Source: an uncultured Gammaproteobacteria bacterium (GTDB lineage Bacteria; Patescibacteriota; Microgenomatia; Levybacterales; UBA12049). From it: a stretch of DNA of 36,736 nt. The position numbers and the translations under genes are program-made. The notes under the pieces were generated by a model that was not told where the DNA came from, did not search any database, and saw nothing but the letters and a program-made list of their open reading frames with translations. The stretch is from the NCBI GenBank assembly GCA_964406285.1, contig CAYORA010000004.1, positions 1 to 36,736 on the forward strand, in the 5' to 3' direction. Positions 34,104 to 36,736 of this stretch are shown here, one piece after another; positions within the stretch are counted from its first letter, which is position 1, and the number at the start of each line of letters is the position of its first letter.

Positions 34104-35550
34104 ATTTTTATATAAAAAAGAAGTCGTATTTCTCATTTTTATTTTATTATTTGGTTTGGAAATTAGATTATATGCGCTTTCATCCCAAATGCATATGATT
34201 TCTGATCAGGGGTGGTTTTTTCTTTCTGCGAAAGAAATTTTCGAAACCGGAAAAATTCCGTTAATTGGAATTACCTCATCTCATACATGGTTAAATCAGG
34301 GGCCAATCTGGACATATATACTTGCCATAATTTTATGGTTAGGTAAGTTCAATCCGATAGCAGCAGGATATTTTTCAGTCCTTCTTGATGTAGCTACAAT
34401 TCTAGTGCTCTATAAAGTTTCTAAAGAATTATTTTCAAAAAATATTGGACAAATTGCTTCAATTCTTTATGCAACATCACCTTTGATAATTATCCATTCA
34501 CGAATGCCTTATCACACTTCCCCTATTCCTATTCTTTCTATTCTTTTTGTTTATTTTCTTTATCGTTTTGTAAAAGGGAATGTGATTTATTTTCCATTAG
34601 CGCTTCTTATCTGTATGCTTTTATATAATTTCGAGCTCGCTACGGTTTTATTCCCAGGAGTTCTATTTGTCTTTCTTTTTTATGGAATTTGGAAAAAGAA
34701 AAAATGGGCAAAAATATTTAATAAAAAAATTATCTTTCTTAGTTTACTTTCATTAATTCCAATGATTCCAATTATTATTTATGATTTTAAAAATGGTTTT
34801 TTCCAAACTGTAAAATTTGCAGGATGGTTATTTTTTCAGGCACTTGGAAGCATAGGAATAGAAATAATTCCCCAAGATCCACATCCATCATGGCAGAGCT
34901 TTTTTACATTTTTCTCATACGAATTTAGAAGAATTATTTTTTACAGAAGTGAAGAATTTTCAATATTAATTTTATTTAGTGTTATTCTTTTAAATTTAGC
35001 ATTGATTCATAAGCTTTATAAGAAGAAATTATTTAAAACTAATTATATTGTTTTTTATTTGACATCAATTATTTTATTTTCTGGATTTATATCGCAGCGA
35101 GAAAGCAGTAGTGCTTATCTTACAATGCTTTTTCCATACATAATTTTATTAATTGCCTTGTCAGCGAATGCATTAACTAAAAAGAAAAAAGTAATCGCAT
35201 ATTTATTTCTTATCTTAGTTGTTCCTCTTTCTAATTCTTATTATTTATTTAAAGAATATCGAACAAGTGATGGCGGAGGATTAAACAAGCTTATCAGGGC
35301 ATCAGAATTTATAGTTGATGACTCCGAAGGGAAAAATATAAATTTGGAAAGAAAAAATTTTAAGTCGAATATAGGAATATATCAATATAAATATTTAGTT
35401 TGGTGGAAAGGTGGAAGTTTGAAAGGCGAGCCGGAGATAGAATATGGAATTTATAATGCTTCAGAAGGAGTTCCGCAAGACTACATTTACTCTGATGGAA
35501 ATATTTATATAACAAAAACAGAAAAATATTTCATTGTTTTGGTAAAATAA
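34096..35550 (+). CDS. polytopic GT-C-like glycosyltransferase (ArnT/GT39-like)
   Basis: About 12 hydrophobic segments. First loop: ISDQGWFFLSAKEIFETGKIPLIGITSSHTWLNQGPIWTY. Small C-terminal soluble domain. Overlaps the GT4 gene by 8 nt. Confidence 0.62.
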   Translation: MFKFLYKKEVVFLIFILLFGLEIRLYALSSQMHMISDQGWFFLSAKEIFETGKIPLIGITSSHTWLNQGPIWTYILAIILWLGKFNPIAAGYFSVLLDVATILVLYKVSKELFSKNIGQIASILYATSPLIIIHSRMPYHTSPIPILSILFVYFLYRFVKGNVIYFPLALLICMLLYNFELATVLFPGVLFVFLFYGIWKKKKWAKIFNKKIIFLSLLSLIPMIPIIIYDFKNGFFQTVKFAGWLFFQALGSIGIEIIPQDPHPSWQSFFTFFSYEFRRIIFYRSEEFSILILFSVILLNLALIHKLYKKKLFKTNYIVFYLTSIILFSGFISQRESSSAYLTMLFPYIILLIALSANALTKKKKVIAYLFLILVVPLSNSYYLFKEYRTSDGGGLNKLIRASEFIVDDSEGKNINLERKNFKSNIGIYQYKYLVWWKGGSLKGEPEIEYGIYNASEGVPQDYIYSDGNIYITKTEKYFIVLVK

Positions 35551-35554
35551 AATC

Positions 35555-36316
35555 ATGAGCTATCAAATATCTGCTGTAGTCCTCACAAAGAACGAAGAAA
35601 AAAATATTATTGATTGTCTAGAGGCATTAAAATTTGCTGAAGAAATAATTATAGTTGATGATAATTCGACTGACAGAACAAGAGATCTAATTGAAGTTTT
35701 TGAAAAAACACATCCGAAAGTTAAGCTTTTTAAGAGAAGTCTTGATGGAGATTTTTCTCTTCAAAGGAAATTTGGAGTAGAGAAAACACGAAATGATTGG
35801 GTCATGTTTGTAGATGCTGATGAAAGAATTTCCCAAGAACTTTCAACAGAGATAAAAGAGAGAATTTCTGAAGAGTATTCGGGGTTTTTGATCCCTAGGC
35901 GAGATTTTATGTGGGGAAAGGAGCTTATGCACGGGGAAACAGGAAGAACAAAGTTATTGAGACTTTTTAATAAAAATAAAGGTAGTTTGAAGGGAAAAGT
36001 TCACGAGACATGGGAAACAAAAAGTGAAGTAGGAATATTGATAAATCCAATTAAGCACTATCCGCATCCGACAATTTCAGAGTTTTTAAGAGAAATAAAT
36101 TTCTATACAGATCTTCGTGCGGAGGAGCTTAAAGAAAAAGGAATAAAAGCGAATGCTCTATCGATAATTCTTTATCCTAAAGCAAAATTTGTCACAAATT
36201 ATTTTCTAAAACTTGGAATTTTAGATGGCACTGCGGGTTTAGTCCATGCGATACTTATGAGCTTTCATTCATTTCTTGTCCGAGGAAAGCTTTGGCTTTT
36301 ATGGCAAAAAAGTTAA
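35555..36316 (+). CDS. GT2-family glycosyltransferase (KdtX/WaaE-like)
   Basis: ISAVVLTKNEEKNIIDCLEALKFAEEIIIVDDNSTDRT and FVDADERIS (DxD), plus a C-terminal GILDGTAGLVHAILMSF typical of this GT2 subgroup. Confidence 0.85.
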   Translation: MSYQISAVVLTKNEEKNIIDCLEALKFAEEIIIVDDNSTDRTRDLIEVFEKTHPKVKLFKRSLDGDFSLQRKFGVEKTRNDWVMFVDADERISQELSTEIKERISEEYSGFLIPRRDFMWGKELMHGETGRTKLLRLFNKNKGSLKGKVHETWETKSEVGILINPIKHYPHPTISEFLREINFYTDLRAEELKEKGIKANALSIILYPKAKFVTNYFLKLGILDGTAGLVHAILMSFHSFLVRGKLWLLWQKS

Positions 36317-36389
36317 ACTCCATTTTTCTTATTTGGTCAGTCTTAATTCTTCTTTATTATTTAATAATTCTTTTATGTAGGGGAGGAAT

Positions 36390-36736
36390 ATGTTTGCGCT
36401 AGCTTTTTTAGTAGGAATTTATAGTTATGTAATTTTCAGCCTGGGAATTCTCGGAGCATTAACTCGGGGACCTGTTATTTTTTCTACAGTTTTATTGCTT
36501 GCAGGATCATATTTATACTTCAGGAAACATAAAGAAGATTTTCCAAGAATAAATTTTAAAAATAAAAAAATCAGGCCATATCTAGTTTTATTTGGAATTT
36601 TAGCCATTGTAAATTTAATTGGGGCACTAGGACCAGAGCTCTCATTTGATGCTCTTTGGTACCACCTAACAATTCCTAAGATTTTTATTCAAGAACAGAG
36701 AATTTTCTATATAGAAGGCGGTTTATTTTATTACTC
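36390..36736 (+). CDS. polytopic GT-C-like membrane protein, 3'-truncated by the window edge (absent from the ORF track)
   Basis: ATG 36390 is preceded by GGGAGG (36381-36386). The frame stays open to the last base: MFALAFLVGIYSYVIFSLGILGAL...LGPELSFDALWYHLTIPKIFIQEQRIFYIEGG. It has two TM helices, then an acidic/aromatic first loop. Confidence 0.6.
   Translation, partial: MFALAFLVGIYSYVIFSLGILGALTRGPVIFSTVLLLAGSYLYFRKHKEDFPRINFKNKKIRPYLVLFGILAIVNLIGALGPELSFDALWYHLTIPKIFIQEQRIFYIEGGLFYY

Noticed and set aside
864-36607. Antisense or overlapping ORFs from the track. Minus strand: 864..1130, 1395..1676, 4436..4723, 4841..5212, 6151..6396, 7743..7997, 8044..8307, 9196..9429, 10838..11059, 11089..11340, 11834..12040, 15783..15980, 29160..29354, 29592..29774, 29895..30155, 30575..30808, 30921..31184, 36425..36607. 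Plus strand: 57..308, 3800..4012, 4572..4817, 18556..18744, 19757..19948.
   Set aside because: Each lies wholly inside a longer ORF that has clear family motifs. Their translations are low-complexity, with no recognisable motifs, as expected for shadow ORFs in AT-rich DNA.
1-36736. Alternative genetic code (TGA recoded, as in some candidate phyla).
   Set aside because: TGA ends well-defined genes at the expected lengths: rfbC at 19565-19567, GT2 at 12507-12509, and the C-methyltransferase at 23348-23350. All proteins have normal lengths under code 11.
1-36736. CRISPR arrays, tRNA/rRNA genes, transposases, integrases, toxin-antitoxin or other defence genes.
   Set aside because: Intergenic regions are all 107 nt or shorter, AT-rich and occupied by promoter-like sequence. 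I saw no regularly spaced repeats, and no ORF shows recombinase, nuclease or defence-type motifs. This was a visual scan only, not a covariance-model search.

Overview
AT-rich, very gene-dense bacterial window using the standard code (TAA, TAG and TGA all end recognisable genes). I found no rRNA, tRNA, CRISPR array or mobile element. The compact layout and the gene content suggest a small-genome uncultured lineage such as Patescibacteria/CPR, but that is inference only. Bases 1-10.3 kb are housekeeping and envelope genes: the 3' part of an RND transporter, a small secreted protein, a membrane-anchored FKBP isomerase, a YkuD L,D-transpeptidase, a CAP-domain protein, ileS, a SEDS protein (RodA/FtsW), rplU, rpmA, parB and lepB. 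From 10.3 kb to the right edge there is one continuous glycan-biosynthesis locus of at least 26 kb. It holds six GT2 domains (two DPM1-like), two GT-B/GT4 enzymes, a GT17, a Wzx-type flippase, rmlC and rmlD, a GDP-mannose-3,5-epimerase-like enzyme, four methyltransferase domains (two of them TylCIII/TcaB9-type sugar C-methyltransferases) and seven polytopic GT-C-like membrane proteins. One GT-C-like domain is fused to a GT2, and another GT2 is fused to a methyltransferase. The best candidate for a novel system is this modular 'lipid-phosphate-sugar synthase plus GT-C' machinery, which would decorate the envelope with methylated or branched 6-deoxyhexoses. A second recurring signal is an extended -10 box (TGnTATAAT-like) sitting only 6-9 nt upstream of many start codons, which implies widespread leaderless mRNAs. 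All protein-family calls come from motif recognition by eye, without database searches.
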